DNA of 63,290 bases, the filler included, from Caldilineae bacterium (GTDB taxonomy: Bacteria; Chloroflexota; Anaerolineae; DTLA01): NCBI GenBank assembly GCA_037446815.1. It is 6 parts of 6 records of this genome, joined end to end, with 100 filler letters (N's around TTAATTAATTAA, not from the genome) between each part and the next. Parts side by side here need not be neighbours in the genome. Positions count along the whole stretch, not along the records: positions 42,535 to 52,886 come from JBBIHX010000101.1; positions 52,987 to 63,290 come from JBBIHX010000102.1; 4 more parts are not named here. One strand, 5' to 3'. Below the pieces are notes generated by a model that did not search any database, was not told where the DNA came from, and saw only the letters and a program-made list of their open reading frames with translations. Shown here piece by piece: positions 50,176-63,290 of this stretch. A program made the translations under genes and the position numbers. How positions within the stretch are numbered: position 1 is the first letter of the stretch; every line of letters begins with the position of its first letter.

Positions 50176-51465
50176 TTGAGCGAACAGAAGGAACGCGCTG
50201 TGCAGAACGATCAAGATTCCCGCGCTCAGGCCCTTGCGAGACTGCTCCTGCGGCCCGCGCGCGGTAGCGTGTGGCAGGCGATTCTCCTGCCCGTGTTGGC
50301 CGTGTTCACCGCGCTCATCATCGGGGCGCTGGTGATCGTCTTCACCGATTTGCAGGTGCTGAACCTGTACAAGGATTTCTTCTCGGCGCCGGGCAAGGCG
50401 TTGGCCGCGTCTTGGAAGGCCATCGCCAGCGCCTACAGCGCGCTGTTCAAAGGCTCCCTCGGCAACCCCGCCGAGTTTGCCAATGCGTTCAACGTCCTGC
50501 GCGAGACAGGCGACACGGCCCCGCTGCGGCAGGCGTTTTGGCCCATCAGCGAGAGCCTGGTAACGTCGGTGCCATACATGTTCGCGGGGTTGGCGGTGGC
50601 CCTGGGCTTCCAGTGCGGCCTGTTCAACATCGGGGCCGAGGGGCAGATTTTCATCGGGGCGCTGGCGTCGGTGTACGTAGGCTACAGCGTCAAAGGGCTG
50701 CCCCAGTACATCCACCTGCCGCTGGCCTTCTTGGCCGGCGCGGCGGCGGCGGGCCTGTGGGCGGCTGTGGCCGGCGTCCTGAAGGCGAAGACCGGTGCGC
50801 ACGAGGTCATCAACACCATCATGATGAATTACATCGCCTTCCTGCTGAGCGACTGGCTGCTGAACGGCCCCATGAAGCGGCCCGGCTGGGCGCCCATCAG
50901 CCCGGCCATCCAGGACTCCGCCTGGCTCCCCAAGTTCTTCCCCGACCCGTTGCGGTTCCACGCGGGGTTCTTCGTGGCGCTGGGGATTGCCGCGGTGGTG
51001 TACTGGCTGCTGTTCAAGACGACCATCGGGTTTGAGATTCGGAGCGTGGGCGCGAACCCCGACGCCGCGCGGTACGCAGGCGTCAGCGTTACGCGCAACT
51101 TCATCCTGGCCATGTCCCTGAGCGGGGCGCTGGCAGGGATGGCTGGCGCCAACGAGGTGCTGGGCGTGAACCACCAACTGGCCAGCGCCTTCTCGTCGGG
51201 CTATGGGTTTGACAGCATCGCGCTGGCGCTGCTGGGCAAGAGCCACCCCGCGGGGGTCGTCCTGGCGGCGTTGCTCTTCGGCACGCTCCGCAGCGGGGCC
51301 ACCCGAATGCAGTCGCTGGCGGGGGTGCCCGTAGACATCATTTCCATCCTGCAAGCGTTGGTGATCATCTTCATCGCCGCGCCGGCCATCATCCGCTGGC
51401 TGTATCGGCTGCGCCTGGAGCGCGAGGTGGGCGAGACGGTGTTCACCCGCGGCTGGGGCCAATAG
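50176..51465 (+). CDS. nucleoside-type ABC permease
   Basis: GLFNIGAEGQ, HEVI.TIMMNY and GF..IALALLG motifs. Confidence 0.93.
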   Translation: MSEQKERAVQNDQDSRAQALARLLLRPARGSVWQAILLPVLAVFTALIIGALVIVFTDLQVLNLYKDFFSAPGKALAASWKAIASAYSALFKGSLGNPAEFANAFNVLRETGDTAPLRQAFWPISESLVTSVPYMFAGLAVALGFQCGLFNIGAEGQIFIGALASVYVGYSVKGLPQYIHLPLAFLAGAAAAGLWAAVAGVLKAKTGAHEVINTIMMNYIAFLLSDWLLNGPMKRPGWAPISPAIQDSAWLPKFFPDPLRFHAGFFVALGIAAVVYWLLFKTTIGFEIRSVGANPDAARYAGVSVTRNFILAMSLSGALAGMAGANEVLGVNHQLASAFSSGYGFDSIALALLGKSHPAGVVLAALLFGTLRSGATRMQSLAGVPVDIISILQALVIIFIAAPAIIRWLYRLRLEREVGETVFTRGWGQ

Positions 51466-51478
51466 TAGGGGGACGGAC

Positions 51479-52744
51479 ATGGCAGTTGCTGCACGGAACG
51501 CTGAATTGACCATCGCAAGACGGCGACACGTCGGGATGGGGATCTTCTTCCTCGCCGTTGCGCTGGTGATCGTGGGCATCTTCGTCCGCACCACGCCGAC
51601 AGGTCTGGATACGACGTTCGGCCTGAATCCCGCCCGCCTGACCACGGCGGTGAAATTGCCCGATTTGGTGCTCCCCTCGCTCCCCAGCCTGTGGTTCCTG
51701 GCGGCGGCATGCGCGTTTCTGGGCGGCTGGCAGGTTGCCAAAGGGTTCCGCAGCACCGGCTGGGCGCTGGGCGTGGTGGCTTTCGCCTTCGTCGCGGCGT
51801 TTCTCATCTGGGCCGCGCGGGGCAAGTCCATGAACCTGGTCGGGATGCTGTCGTCCAGCGTGCTGCGGGCGATTCCCGTCGCGCTGGGTGCATTCTGCGG
51901 CATCCTGTGCGAGCGGGCCGCCGTCATCAACATCGCCATTGAGGGGATGATGCTGACCGCCGCGTTCATGGCGGCGTGGATTGGGAGCATCACGCACAAC
52001 CTCTGGATCGCGCTGCTGGCGGCTATGCTGTCCAGCGCATTCCTGTCGGCGATCCTCGCGGTTCTGTCCATCAAGTTCAAGGTGGACCAAATCGTGAGCG
52101 GCACGGTCATCAACATCTTCGCCACCGGCCTCACCAGTTACCTGAGCGCCAAGTTCTTGCAGGTGTATCAGAACCTGAACAATCCGGGCATCTTCAAGCC
52201 GATTTCACTCCCGATCCTGTCGCGCATTCCCATCATTGGCCCCGTCCTGTTTGAGCACAACATCATTGTATACATCACGTTCCTGCTGCTCATCCTCATC
52301 CACGTGATGCTGTTCTACACGCGGTGGGGGCTGCGCACGCGGGCCGTGGGCGAGCACCCCAAGGCGGCGGATACGCTGGGCGTGAACGTGTTCCGCACCC
52401 GCTATGTCAACGTTATCCTGGGCGGGCTGGTGGCCGGTATCGGCGGGGCGTTCTTCACCATCGGCTCCGTGGGGCGCTTTGACGAGGTGATGACCGCGGG
52501 CAAGGGGTTCATCGGCCTGGCCGCCATGATCTTCGGCAAGTGGACGCCGTTCGGGGCCTTCGGGTCTTCGCTCATCTTCGGGTTTGCCGACTCGCTCCAG
52601 ACCAAGTTGCAGATTCTGCAGGTGCCCATCCCGTCGGAGTTCCTGCTGATGGCGCCGTACCTGGTTACGATGGTGGTGCTGGCGGGGGTCATCGGGCGCG
52701 CCATACCGCCCGCCGCCGACGGCCAGCCCTACGAGAAGCAGTAG
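51479..52744 (+). CDS. nucleoside-type ABC permease
   Basis: ER..VINIAIEG, RAVGEHP.AA, GFIGLAAMIFGKW and P.A.GQPY motifs. Confidence 0.93.
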   Translation: MAVAARNAELTIARRRHVGMGIFFLAVALVIVGIFVRTTPTGLDTTFGLNPARLTTAVKLPDLVLPSLPSLWFLAAACAFLGGWQVAKGFRSTGWALGVVAFAFVAAFLIWAARGKSMNLVGMLSSSVLRAIPVALGAFCGILCERAAVINIAIEGMMLTAAFMAAWIGSITHNLWIALLAAMLSSAFLSAILAVLSIKFKVDQIVSGTVINIFATGLTSYLSAKFLQVYQNLNNPGIFKPISLPILSRIPIIGPVLFEHNIIVYITFLLLILIHVMLFYTRWGLRTRAVGEHPKAADTLGVNVFRTRYVNVILGGLVAGIGGAFFTIGSVGRFDEVMTAGKGFIGLAAMIFGKWTPFGAFGSSLIFGFADSLQTKLQILQVPIPSEFLLMAPYLVTMVVLAGVIGRAIPPAADGQPYEKQ

Positions 52745-52806
52745 CCGCGCACGCGCAACAGGCCCGTCGCTGCGGAGACGCGGGGCGAGATACGCGGGGG
52801 CGGGTT

Positions 52807-52848
52807 GTAGGGGCAGGTCGTAGGGGCAGGTCTCAGACCTGCCCCTAC
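52807..52848. repeat. GTAG-type REP hairpin with a duplicated 5' arm
   Basis: GTAGGGGCAGGTC-GTAGGGGCAGGTCTCAGACCTGCCCCTAC. Confidence 0.8.
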
Positions 52849-53076
52849 TGCTGTGTTTGCGCCCTCCGCAGTGTAGAATGAGCCGGNNNNNNNNNNNNNN
52901 NNNNNNNNNNNNNNNNNNNNNNNNNNNNNNTTAATTAATTAANNNNNNNNNNNNNNNNNNNNNNNNNNNNNNNNNNNNNNNNNNNNAAGCCGCCGCGGAT
53001 GGGGATGTGGAGCAAATTGGCAATTTGCTCCACGGGCGCTTCGCGCCTCGGAATGACAGCGGCAATGCTTGGATTT

Positions 53077-53105
53077 TTGCGCCGAGCATCAATCTGTGTT
53101 ATACT
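53077..53105 (+). promoter_or_regulatory. atp operon promoter
   Basis: TTGCGC-17 nt-TATACT, with a TG extension. Confidence 0.6.
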
Positions 53106-53195
53106 TGCCGACGGCCTGGCACCGAGGGCGCGGCACCGGTTCCGGTACCGCCGATGACTCATTCGGCGGTCATGGATACATGAGGGGAATCAGGG

Positions 53196-53453
53196 GTGAA
53201 ACTGGACAGGAAAACCCTGCGCGCCCTAGGCTTAGCATCTGGAGTCGGATTCTCCATTGTAGGGAGCATTGCGTTTTGGGTTCTCGTGGGCCGCTGGCTG
53301 GACAAGCGCCTGGGGACCGAGCCATGCGCCCTCATCGCAGGTATCCTGATTGGCCTGATCTCCGCGGGCAGCATCCTCTACGAACTGGCCGCGGTGCGCG
53401 AGAGGACGAATGACGAAGGGCAGCATCATCTGGATAACAACACTGACGACTAG
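53196..53453 (+). CDS. AtpZ/AtpI family protein
   Basis: Two TM segments with G.WLD..LGT.P; first gene of the atp operon. Confidence 0.85.
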   Translation: MKLDRKTLRALGLASGVGFSIVGSIAFWVLVGRWLDKRLGTEPCALIAGILIGLISAGSILYELAAVRERTNDEGQHHLDNNTDD

Positions 53454-53835
53454 CGCGGCTTCTGCGGTCTTGCTGGCGCTGGGTCAGCCGATCTGGGCGA
53501 GTGTCAGTCTGGGTATTGCGCTTTGCGCTGCCAACGATTTGTTCTTCATCCTCGCGATGCGTGTGCTGTCTCTGCCGGTTGCGACGCTGTGGCCCAAAGC
53601 CACGGCGTTGCTTTTGCCCCTGGCCTGGCTGGGCAAGCAGGCCGTGCTGTTCGCGGGCGCGTATGTGATCCTGACGCGCACGCATCTGCCCGTGGCCCCC
53701 TTCGCGCTGGCCGTGGCGGCCTATCAGATTCTGCGGGTTGTTGCCATGATGATCTGGCCTGAGCAATACGCGCGGTATTTCGCGCATGAACCTTCCGCTG
53801 CAAAACACGCCCTGACCGGAGGAAACGCGGAATGA
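53410..53835 (+). CDS. ATP synthase subunit I-like membrane protein
   Basis: Four hydrophobic segments; lies immediately before atpB. Confidence 0.7.
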   Translation: MTKGSIIWITTLTTSAASAVLLALGQPIWASVSLGIALCAANDLFFILAMRVLSLPVATLWPKATALLLPLAWLGKQAVLFAGAYVILTRTHLPVAPFALAVAAYQILRVVAMMIWPEQYARYFAHEPSAAKHALTGGNAE

Positions 53836-54617
53836 AAATCCACGCACCCCTGGCTGCTGAAACGATTGCCCATCTGGGGCCGATCGCCATCACCAACTCC
53901 ATGCTGACATCGGTCCTGGTGGTGATTCTCCTGCTGGTGCTCGCCTGGCTGGCCACCCGGAAGATGCAACTCATCCCGGGCCGTTACCAGGCCATGTGGG
54001 AGATGGTCGTGGAGTTCCTGCTGGACCTGTCGGTGGACACCGCCGGCAAGCGCGTGGGGCGAAAGGTCTTCCCGCTCATCGCGACGTTCTTCATCTTCAT
54101 TCTGACGGCGAACTGGATGGGCCTTCTTCCGGGCATCGGCCCGGCAATTTACATCAAGGAAGTTGCCGAGTCTGCGGGGCACGGCGCCGGGGAGGTGTTG
54201 CATGTGCCCTTGTTCCGCGCCGCCAATGCTGACCTGAACATGACGGCGGCGATGGCGCTCTTGTCCATCACCGTGGTGCAGATCGCGGGCATCGCGGTCA
54301 ACGGCATCAAGGGATACCTGAAGCACCTGGCGACGCCGCCCATGCTGGCGCCGGTGCACATCATCAGCGAGTTGTCGCACATCATCTCGCTGTCGGCCCG
54401 ACTTTTCGGCAACATCTTCGGCGGGGAGGTGCTGGTAACCGTCATGTACTCCCTGGTGCCCTATGTCCTTCCCGCCGTGTTCTTGGGCTTGGAAGTGCTG
54501 TTCGGCTTCATTCAGGCGCTCATCTTTACCGTGTTGAGCATCGTGTACATGGCCCTGGCCACTTCTGGCGACCATGAGGAGCACGGGGAGCACGCGCACG
54601 CCGTCCCTGCCCATTGA
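53832..54617 (+). CDS. atpB: ATP synthase F0 subunit a
   Basis: SLSARLFGNIFGGE and IQALIF motifs. Confidence 0.96.
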   Translation: MKIHAPLAAETIAHLGPIAITNSMLTSVLVVILLLVLAWLATRKMQLIPGRYQAMWEMVVEFLLDLSVDTAGKRVGRKVFPLIATFFIFILTANWMGLLPGIGPAIYIKEVAESAGHGAGEVLHVPLFRAANADLNMTAAMALLSITVVQIAGIAVNGIKGYLKHLATPPMLAPVHIISELSHIISLSARLFGNIFGGEVLVTVMYSLVPYVLPAVFLGLEVLFGFIQALIFTVLSIVYMALATSGDHEEHGEHAHAVPAH

Positions 54618-54667
54618 GATGCGCGGAACTGCCCTGCAGTCATACCCGCAAGGCGGTCCAGATTTGA

Positions 54668-54931
<264 letters not shown>

Positions 54932-55070
54932 GTTCTTCGCAAGGCGGTCAAGGGAAGCGCCGCAGGGCCTTCCCTTGCGCCTTTGCCTGTGCGGGTGGGG
55001 CGGTGGCCCCATGGCCGGGGCGCGCCCCCCGCCTGGCAGGATTTGGAATCTCTAGGGAGGCATAGAACGG

Positions 55071-55565
55071 ATGGACAAACTGGGAATCAACCCGGTCGCC
55101 CTCCTATGGCAATTGGTCGCCTTCGGCCTACTGGTCTTCGGGCTGTACAAACTCCTGTACAGGCCCGTCTTGCGCATGTTGGACGAGCGCGCCGAGCGCA
55201 TCCGCAAGGGGATGGAAGACGCGGCCAAGGCTCGCGAGATGGCCGAGCGCGCCCAAGAGGAGTTTGAGAAGCGCATCGCCGAGGCCAGGAAGGAAGGGCA
55301 GGAAATCGTCACCCAAGCGACACAGATGAGCGAGAAACTGCGCCAGGAGATTCTGGAGCAGGCCCGCGCCGAGGCCGAGCGGATGATTGCGAAGGAGCGC
55401 GAGCGCCTCACCCAGGAGCGGGAACAGGCCATGAGCGAATTGCGCGCACAGGTGGCCGACCTGTCCATCATGGTGGCGCAGAAGATCGTGGGCGTGTCGC
55501 TGGACGAGGCGGCGCAGCGCAAACTCATCGCCGATTTCTTGCGTGAAGCGGGAGACCTGAAGTGA
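55071..55565 (+). CDS. atpF: ATP synthase F0 subunit b
   Basis: N-terminal TM segment, LDERAERI and a coiled coil. Confidence 0.94.
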   Translation: MDKLGINPVALLWQLVAFGLLVFGLYKLLYRPVLRMLDERAERIRKGMEDAAKAREMAERAQEEFEKRIAEARKEGQEIVTQATQMSEKLRQEILEQARAEAERMIAKERERLTQEREQAMSELRAQVADLSIMVAQKIVGVSLDEAAQRKLIADFLREAGDLK

Positions 55566-56089
55566 GAACGAATCGCCTAGCCCAGACCTATGCGGAAGCG
55601 GCCTACGAGGCGGCCACGGGCATCTGGTTGCGGACGTTGTCGGCGCTCCAGCAGGCGCTGGAGAACAACCCGGGCGTGTTCGCCGGCCTGCGCGACCCCG
55701 GCGCGGCCCTGGCGGACAAGCAGGCGCTGGTGGCTCCGCTCCTGCCCGACGACGCGCCGCAGGAGGTGCGCAACTTCGTGTCGGTGCTTCTGTCGCGCAA
55801 CGACATCGGGTTGCTGCCCGAGATTGTGGAGCAGTTCCGGCGACTGGCCGCGCGTGGCCCCAGGGCGCAGATTGTGCGCGTAACCAGCGCGGTGCCGCTC
55901 ACCGACGACGAGAAGCGCGCGCTGGCCGAGAAACTCGTGGCCCAATTCGGCGAGAACCTGGAGTTTGACTATCGGGAAGATCCCAGCATTCTGGGCGGGC
56001 TGATTATCCGAGTTGGCGACCGAGTGATTGACGCCAGCGTGGCCGGGAAACTGAAGGCGCTGCGGGAGACGCTGGTGGCACGGGAGTAG
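55562..56089 (+). CDS. atpH: ATP synthase F1 delta
   Basis: YAEA, VTSAVPL and DPSILGGLIIRVGD.VIDAS motifs. Confidence 0.95.
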   Translation: MRTNRLAQTYAEAAYEAATGIWLRTLSALQQALENNPGVFAGLRDPGAALADKQALVAPLLPDDAPQEVRNFVSVLLSRNDIGLLPEIVEQFRRLAARGPRAQIVRVTSAVPLTDDEKRALAEKLVAQFGENLEFDYREDPSILGGLIIRVGDRVIDASVAGKLKALRETLVARE

Positions 56090-56114
56090 GCCGCGCACCT
56101 GCCCCGCACGTTGA

Positions 56115-57647
<1,533 letters not shown>

Positions 57648-57678
57648 TCTCCGGGGCACAACGACCAAGGAGCCGCCC

Positions 57679-58593
57679 GTGTCCAGCATCCGAGAGATAC
57701 GCCGACACATCCGCAGCGTGCGCAACATCGCGAAAGTTACGCGGGCGATGCAGATGGTGGCCGCGTCCAAGATGCGACGCGCCCAGGATCAGGTGCTCGC
57801 CACGCGCCCCTACGCGCAGAAGGCGTGGGAGTTGTTGACGCACCTGGCCGCGCTGAGTGTGCGCACCGAGCAGGAAGAGCATCCCCTGCTGGCCGTGCGA
57901 CCCGTGCAGGCCATCGGCCTTGTCGTCATCACGTCGGACAAGGGGCTGTGTGGCGGGTACAATCACAACCTGCTGCGTGTGGTAACCGAATACTTGCAGG
58001 CCCAGGAGAAGCCGGTCAAGGTCATCACCGTGGGGCGCAAGGGCCGCGATTTCTTGCTGCGCACCCGCGTGAACCTGGTGGCGGAATTCACGGGCGTGCC
58101 GGCGCTCCCGACGCTCCTGGACGTGCTGCCTATCGCGCGCACGATTTTGGACGATTACCTGACAGGCGTGTACGATGAGGTGCAACTAGCCTACACCGAC
58201 TTCGTGAACACGCTGGTGCAGCGGCCCGTGATTCGCAGGCTGTTGCCCCTGCGGGTCGCGGAGGGCCTGGAGGAACAGGCGGTGAGTGAGTATGTCGCCG
58301 GAGGGGCGGGGATTCGGATTCCGGAGTACATCTACGAGCCCGACCCGCAGGCGGTGCTGGCGCAGATTGTGCCCCGCTTCACCGAACTGCAAATCTACCA
58401 GGCGATTCTAGAGTCCATCGCCAGCGAGCACAGCGCGCGCATGGTGGCCATGCGCAACGCCACAGACAACGCCAACGACTTGCTGGAACAACTGACCCTC
58501 TCCTTCAACCGCGCCCGTCAAACGGCTATCACGAAGGAGATTCTGGACATCGTAGGCGGCGCAGAGGCCCTTGCGAAGTCCATGCAGATGTAG
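57679..58593 (+). CDS. atpG: ATP synthase F1 gamma
   Basis: TRAMQMVAASK, DKGLCG, ARMVAM.NAT.NA and RQ.AIT.E motifs. Confidence 0.97.
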   Translation: MSSIREIRRHIRSVRNIAKVTRAMQMVAASKMRRAQDQVLATRPYAQKAWELLTHLAALSVRTEQEEHPLLAVRPVQAIGLVVITSDKGLCGGYNHNLLRVVTEYLQAQEKPVKVITVGRKGRDFLLRTRVNLVAEFTGVPALPTLLDVLPIARTILDDYLTGVYDEVQLAYTDFVNTLVQRPVIRRLLPLRVAEGLEEQAVSEYVAGGAGIRIPEYIYEPDPQAVLAQIVPRFTELQIYQAILESIASEHSARMVAMRNATDNANDLLEQLTLSFNRARQTAITKEILDIVGGAEALAKSMQM

Positions 58594-58600
58594 CACGTAA

Positions 58601-60028
<1,428 letters not shown>

Positions 60029-60041
60029 CGGGGGCGGAACG

Positions 60042-60479
60042 ATGCCCACTACCCGACTGGAAGTGATTACAGCGGAGCGCGTCGTCTACTCGGACGATGT
60101 GGATATGGTGCTGGTGCCCGGCGTGGAGGGGCAACTGGGCATCCTGCCGCGCCATGCGTACCTACTCACGGCGCTGGCCGAGGGCGAGTTGGTGATACGC
60201 AAGGCCGGCCAGGAAGATGAGTACATCGCCATCGGGGGCGGGTTCATGGAGGTCGGGCCGGACCACGTAACGATCCTGGCCGATAGCGCCGAGCGGGCCG
60301 AGGAGATTGACATCGCCCGCGCCGAAGCGGCCCGAAAGCGCGCCGAGGCGCTGCTGGCGGAGAAGCGCGACGTAACGGCCCTGGCCGAGGCCGCGGCAGC
60401 CCTGCGGCGATCGCGGGTGCGGTTGCAGGTCGCCCGCCGCCGCAAACGGGGCGGGATGGGGCCGTCGGAGAGCGAATAG
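60042..60479 (+). CDS. atpC: ATP synthase F1 epsilon
   Basis: G.LGILP.H, GGFMEV and ID..RA..A motifs. Confidence 0.96.
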   Translation: MPTTRLEVITAERVVYSDDVDMVLVPGVEGQLGILPRHAYLLTALAEGELVIRKAGQEDEYIAIGGGFMEVGPDHVTILADSAERAEEIDIARAEAARKRAEALLAEKRDVTALAEAAAALRRSRVRLQVARRRKRGGMGPSESE

Positions 60480-60636
60480 GGGCGNNNNNNNNNNNNNNNN
60501 NNNNNNNNNNNNNNNNNNNNNNNNNNNNNNNNNNNNNNNNNNNNNNNNNNNNNNNNNNNNNNNNNNNNNNNNNNNNNNNNNNNNCGTTCGTCCTGCGTGC
60601 GCGCCCGCTTCCAACGAAGCCAAGAGGGATACATAC

Positions 60637-61656
60637 ATGCTGGAAAAGCAAATCGGGGTGGACCTCGGAACGGTCAACATCCGAGTGTTCGTGAGAGGCA
60701 AGGGCGTCGTCCTGCACGAGCCATCCATCGTTGCCATTTCGGTGCTGGAGAACAAGATTGTGGCCGTGGGCAACGAGGCGCGCACGATGCTGGGACGCAC
60801 GCCGGAGAGCATAGAGGTGGCGCGCCCGCTCAAGGATGGCGTCATCGCCGAGTTTGACGTTACCGAGAGCATGTTGCGCTACTTCATAGAGAAGGTCTGC
60901 GGCAGGTTCCGCCTGTTCCGGCCCGAGGTGATGATTAGCGTGCCGGTGGGCGTTACGTCGGTGGAAAGCCGCGCGGTGCGCGATGCGGCCCTCCAGGCGG
61001 GCGGCAAGCAGGCGTACCTCATCCCCGAACCGCTGGCGGCGGCGCTGGGCGCGGGCCTGCCCACGGGAACGCCCACGGGCAACATGGTGGTGGACATCGG
61101 CGGGGGCACAACGGAAGCCGCCGTCGTCTCCATGAACGACATCGTGGTGTCCAACTCCGTGCGCGTGGGCGGCAACAAACTGGATGAGGCCATCGCCGCC
61201 TACATCCGCAAGAAGTACAATCTCCTCGTCGGCGATGCGACGGCCGAGGAGATCAAGATACAAATCGGCAGCGCGCTCCCGCTGAATGAGGAATTGGTGA
61301 TGGAGGTGCGGGGGCGCGACCAGGTTGCCGGCCTGCCGCGCACCATCCAGATTAGTTCCGGCGAGATTACCGAGGCCATCGCCGAGCCGCTGGCAGCCAT
61401 CGTCGGTGTGGTGAAGGGCGTGCTGGAGAAGACCCCGCCCGAACTGGCCGCCGACATCATTGACCGAGGCATGGTCATCGTGGGCGGCGGCGCGCTCCTG
61501 CGCCAGGTGGATGCGATGCTCACCCAGGCCACAGGCGTGCCCTGCTTCGTGGCCGATGAGCCGCAGTTGTGCGTGGCGCTCGGAACCGGCAAGGCCTTTG
61601 AAAGCGGCCACATCATGCGCCGCTTGACGTTGCAGGCGAAGACAAGCCCCTTCTAG
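60637..61656 (+). CDS. mreB: rod shape-determining protein MreB/Mbl
   Basis: [24 protein letters not shown] and GGGALL motifs. Confidence 0.95.
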   Translation: MLEKQIGVDLGTVNIRVFVRGKGVVLHEPSIVAISVLENKIVAVGNEARTMLGRTPESIEVARPLKDGVIAEFDVTESMLRYFIEKVCGRFRLFRPEVMISVPVGVTSVESRAVRDAALQAGGKQAYLIPEPLAAALGAGLPTGTPTGNMVVDIGGGTTEAAVVSMNDIVVSNSVRVGGNKLDEAIAAYIRKKYNLLVGDATAEEIKIQIGSALPLNEELVMEVRGRDQVAGLPRTIQISSGEITEAIAEPLAAIVGVVKGVLEKTPPELAADIIDRGMVIVGGGALLRQVDAMLTQATGVPCFVADEPQLCVALGTGKAFESGHIMRRLTLQAKTSPF

Positions 61657-61669
61657 TCGCCAGCGTTCC

Positions 61670-62881
61670 CTACAGCGTGAGGGCGATACCCACGCCTACC
61701 GCCAGGACGATAGCCTGCGCGAACAGCACCGGCCGCATCATCCGACCGAAGTCGGCGCGGAAATAGTCGCGCGTCAGGATGAGGCACAGGTGCACCGGCG
61801 ACAGCATCAGGCCCGTCATTCCCCCCGCGTACATCAGCAGGACGTAGGGCAGGTGCAAACTGCCGCCGACGTACAACAGCGGGAGCACTACGGGCACGCT
61901 GATGCTGAACGCGGCGGTGGTAACGCCCGTGGCCAGCCCCACGATGAGCGGAATGACCGCGATCATCGCCAGCGAGGGCACTCCCGCCGAGGCCATCGTT
62001 GCCGAAATCTGCTCCACCACGCCGGTGCTCTCCATGACCTGCTTGAAGACCATGGCCCCCACCAGCACCAGCGCGATGTGCCAGTCCAGCCCCCTGCGCA
62101 GGACGCCGCGAATCTGCGCCCACGAGAACCGCGCCGCTACGCCCAGGATGATGAGCACCACCGGCAGCGTGATGAGCAGGTCCACATCCAGCGCCATCGT
62201 CGCAACGACGACCAAAAGCACCGGCCAGATGCTCCGCGCCAGGTTCCAGAGGCTTCGGCGGCGGTTGATATGGGGCACGTCGCTGTCGTTCTTGCGGAAG
62301 CGGGCCAACACGACGATCCACCCCCCAACCACGGCAGCCAGCGTGAGGGGCCACTGATTCCGGGTGAACACGCCCAGGGGAACGGCCAGAAGCGCCGAGC
62401 AGAGCACCAGCGCGGGGTACAAGGGCATGATGTACTCCCAGATGTGGCGGAACCAGTAGTTGGCGAAAGCCTTCTGATTGTTGTCCACCTGGAAGTGGCG
62501 CCCCACTTCGGCCACCATGGGGGCCGAGAACATGGCGCCGCCGGGCATGGGCAGCAGGCCGGCCAGCGCCGGGACCATGGCCAGCACCACCCGCGCGTCG
62601 GTGATGAGTTCCAGCAGCGATTGTACCATGGATTCCATGTAGCGGGAGGCCTTCAGCGCCTCGGTGAGGGTGAGGATGAGGATGACGATGACCACCAGGC
62701 GGAGGGTGTCGGCGCTGGATGCGGCGCTCCATGCGTCCAGCGCCAGGGCCACAGGCGCGCGCCCCATGAGCAGGCCCAGGGCCAACGCCCCCGCCAGGAG
62801 CGTCGCGCCCACGTCCGCGCGGCGGTTGAGCGCGACGATGACGGCGGCGAAGACAAGCAGCAGTTTCAGGAGGGCGATCAT
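61670..62881 (-). CDS. DUF401 family membrane protein
   Basis: GLLPMPGGA.FSAP, NYWFRH.WE and SP.HLC motifs. Confidence 0.88.
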   Translation of the reverse strand: MIALLKLLLVFAAVIVALNRRADVGATLLAGALALGLLMGRAPVALALDAWSAASSADTLRLVVIVILILTLTEALKASRYMESMVQSLLELITDARVVLAMVPALAGLLPMPGGAMFSAPMVAEVGRHFQVDNNQKAFANYWFRHIWEYIMPLYPALVLCSALLAVPLGVFTRNQWPLTLAAVVGGWIVVLARFRKNDSDVPHINRRRSLWNLARSIWPVLLVVVATMALDVDLLITLPVVLIILGVAARFSWAQIRGVLRRGLDWHIALVLVGAMVFKQVMESTGVVEQISATMASAGVPSLAMIAVIPLIVGLATGVTTAAFSISVPVVLPLLYVGGSLHLPYVLLMYAGGMTGLMLSPVHLCLILTRDYFRADFGRMMRPVLFAQAIVLAVGVGIALTL

Positions 62882-62938
62882 GGCGTTGTCGGCAATGCTC
62901 CTTGCGTGCGGAAGATTGGCCGTGGACGGCCACGCGTG

Positions 62939-62967
62939 AGTATAGGCGGAAGGGGCCGCCGCGTCAA
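62939..62967 (-). promoter_or_regulatory. promoter of the DUF401 gene
   Basis: Minus strand TTGACG-17 nt-TATACT. Confidence 0.7.
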
Positions 62968-63075
62968 CATCGCAGGGTCGGCAGCGCCCCCGCAGACGCG
63001 TGGGGGTTGCGTCCACGAATAACACGAATGTGCACGAATGGAATTGAGATGGGGTGCGCCCGAGGGCGAGATTGT

Positions 63076-63226
63076 GATTCGGTTCCGTCTTGTGTTGGTC
63101 TGTCCCGCGCGCCGCGTCCCCGGTCTGTCATGCTGAGCCGAAGGCGAAGCCTCTCGGTTAACGAGATTCTTCGCGGCTTCGCCGCTCAGAATGACGGTAG
63201 ATGCCAGCAGACTTTGAAGCCGACGC
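63076..63226. mobile_element. 151-bp MITE (second cargo type)
   Basis: GATTCGGTTCCGTCTTGTGTTGG...GTCATGCTGAGC...CTCAGAATGAC...CCAGCAGACTTTGAAGCCGACGC. No TSD seen. Confidence 0.85.
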
Positions 63227-63235
63227 CAGACCCCC

Positions 63236-63290
63236 GATTCGGTTCCAAAGTCTGTTGGTGTTTGTCATTGCGAGGGCGCGCAGCGCCCGA
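63236..63290. mobile_element. adjacent MITE, cut by the window end
   Basis: GATTCGGTTCCAAAGTCTGTTGG...GTCATTGCGAGGGCGCG. Confidence 0.85.

Noticed and set aside
45964..52134. Very long antisense ORFs (45964-48519, 50002-52134; also 14523-16355, 27667-29718, 58529-60049)
   Set aside because: Shadows of well-supported genes on the opposite strand in high-GC DNA; no motifs or RBS.

Overview
High-GC bacterial draft-genome sequence. Gene content and protein style suggest Chloroflexota/Anaerolineae (inference). The window is not one locus: it is six contigs/scaffolds of about 10.3-10.6 kb joined by artificial 100-nt N...TTAATTAATTAA...N linkers (10594-10693, 21254-21353, 31845-31944, 42435-42534, 52887-52986), plus two plain 100-N gaps (29588-29687, 60485-60584). 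Most genes are housekeeping: tRNA-Arg, tmRNA, rpmF, nusB, tatAC, mutS2, obgE, nadD, argH, T-box plus thrS, UDG, ftsK, a nucleoside-type ABC transporter, a complete atp operon and mreB. The most interesting signal is non-coding. A ~150-bp miniature inverted-repeat element (MITE) family has at least 13 full or partial copies, asymmetric ~24-bp ends (GATTCGGTT...TGTTGG) and 8-bp target-site duplications. It carries interchangeable palindromic cargo, and five element ends lie 15-16 bp upstream of sigma70-type -35 boxes, the signature of promoter-targeting Mutator-like (TnGBS/ISLre2-type) transposases. One copy has knocked out a HEPN toxin gene. Other notable items are strong codon-level avoidance of TCGA, AGCT and GTSAC, a PhnD-like plus BMP double-domain binding lipoprotein, and a probable arginine synthetase (ArcE-like) gene.
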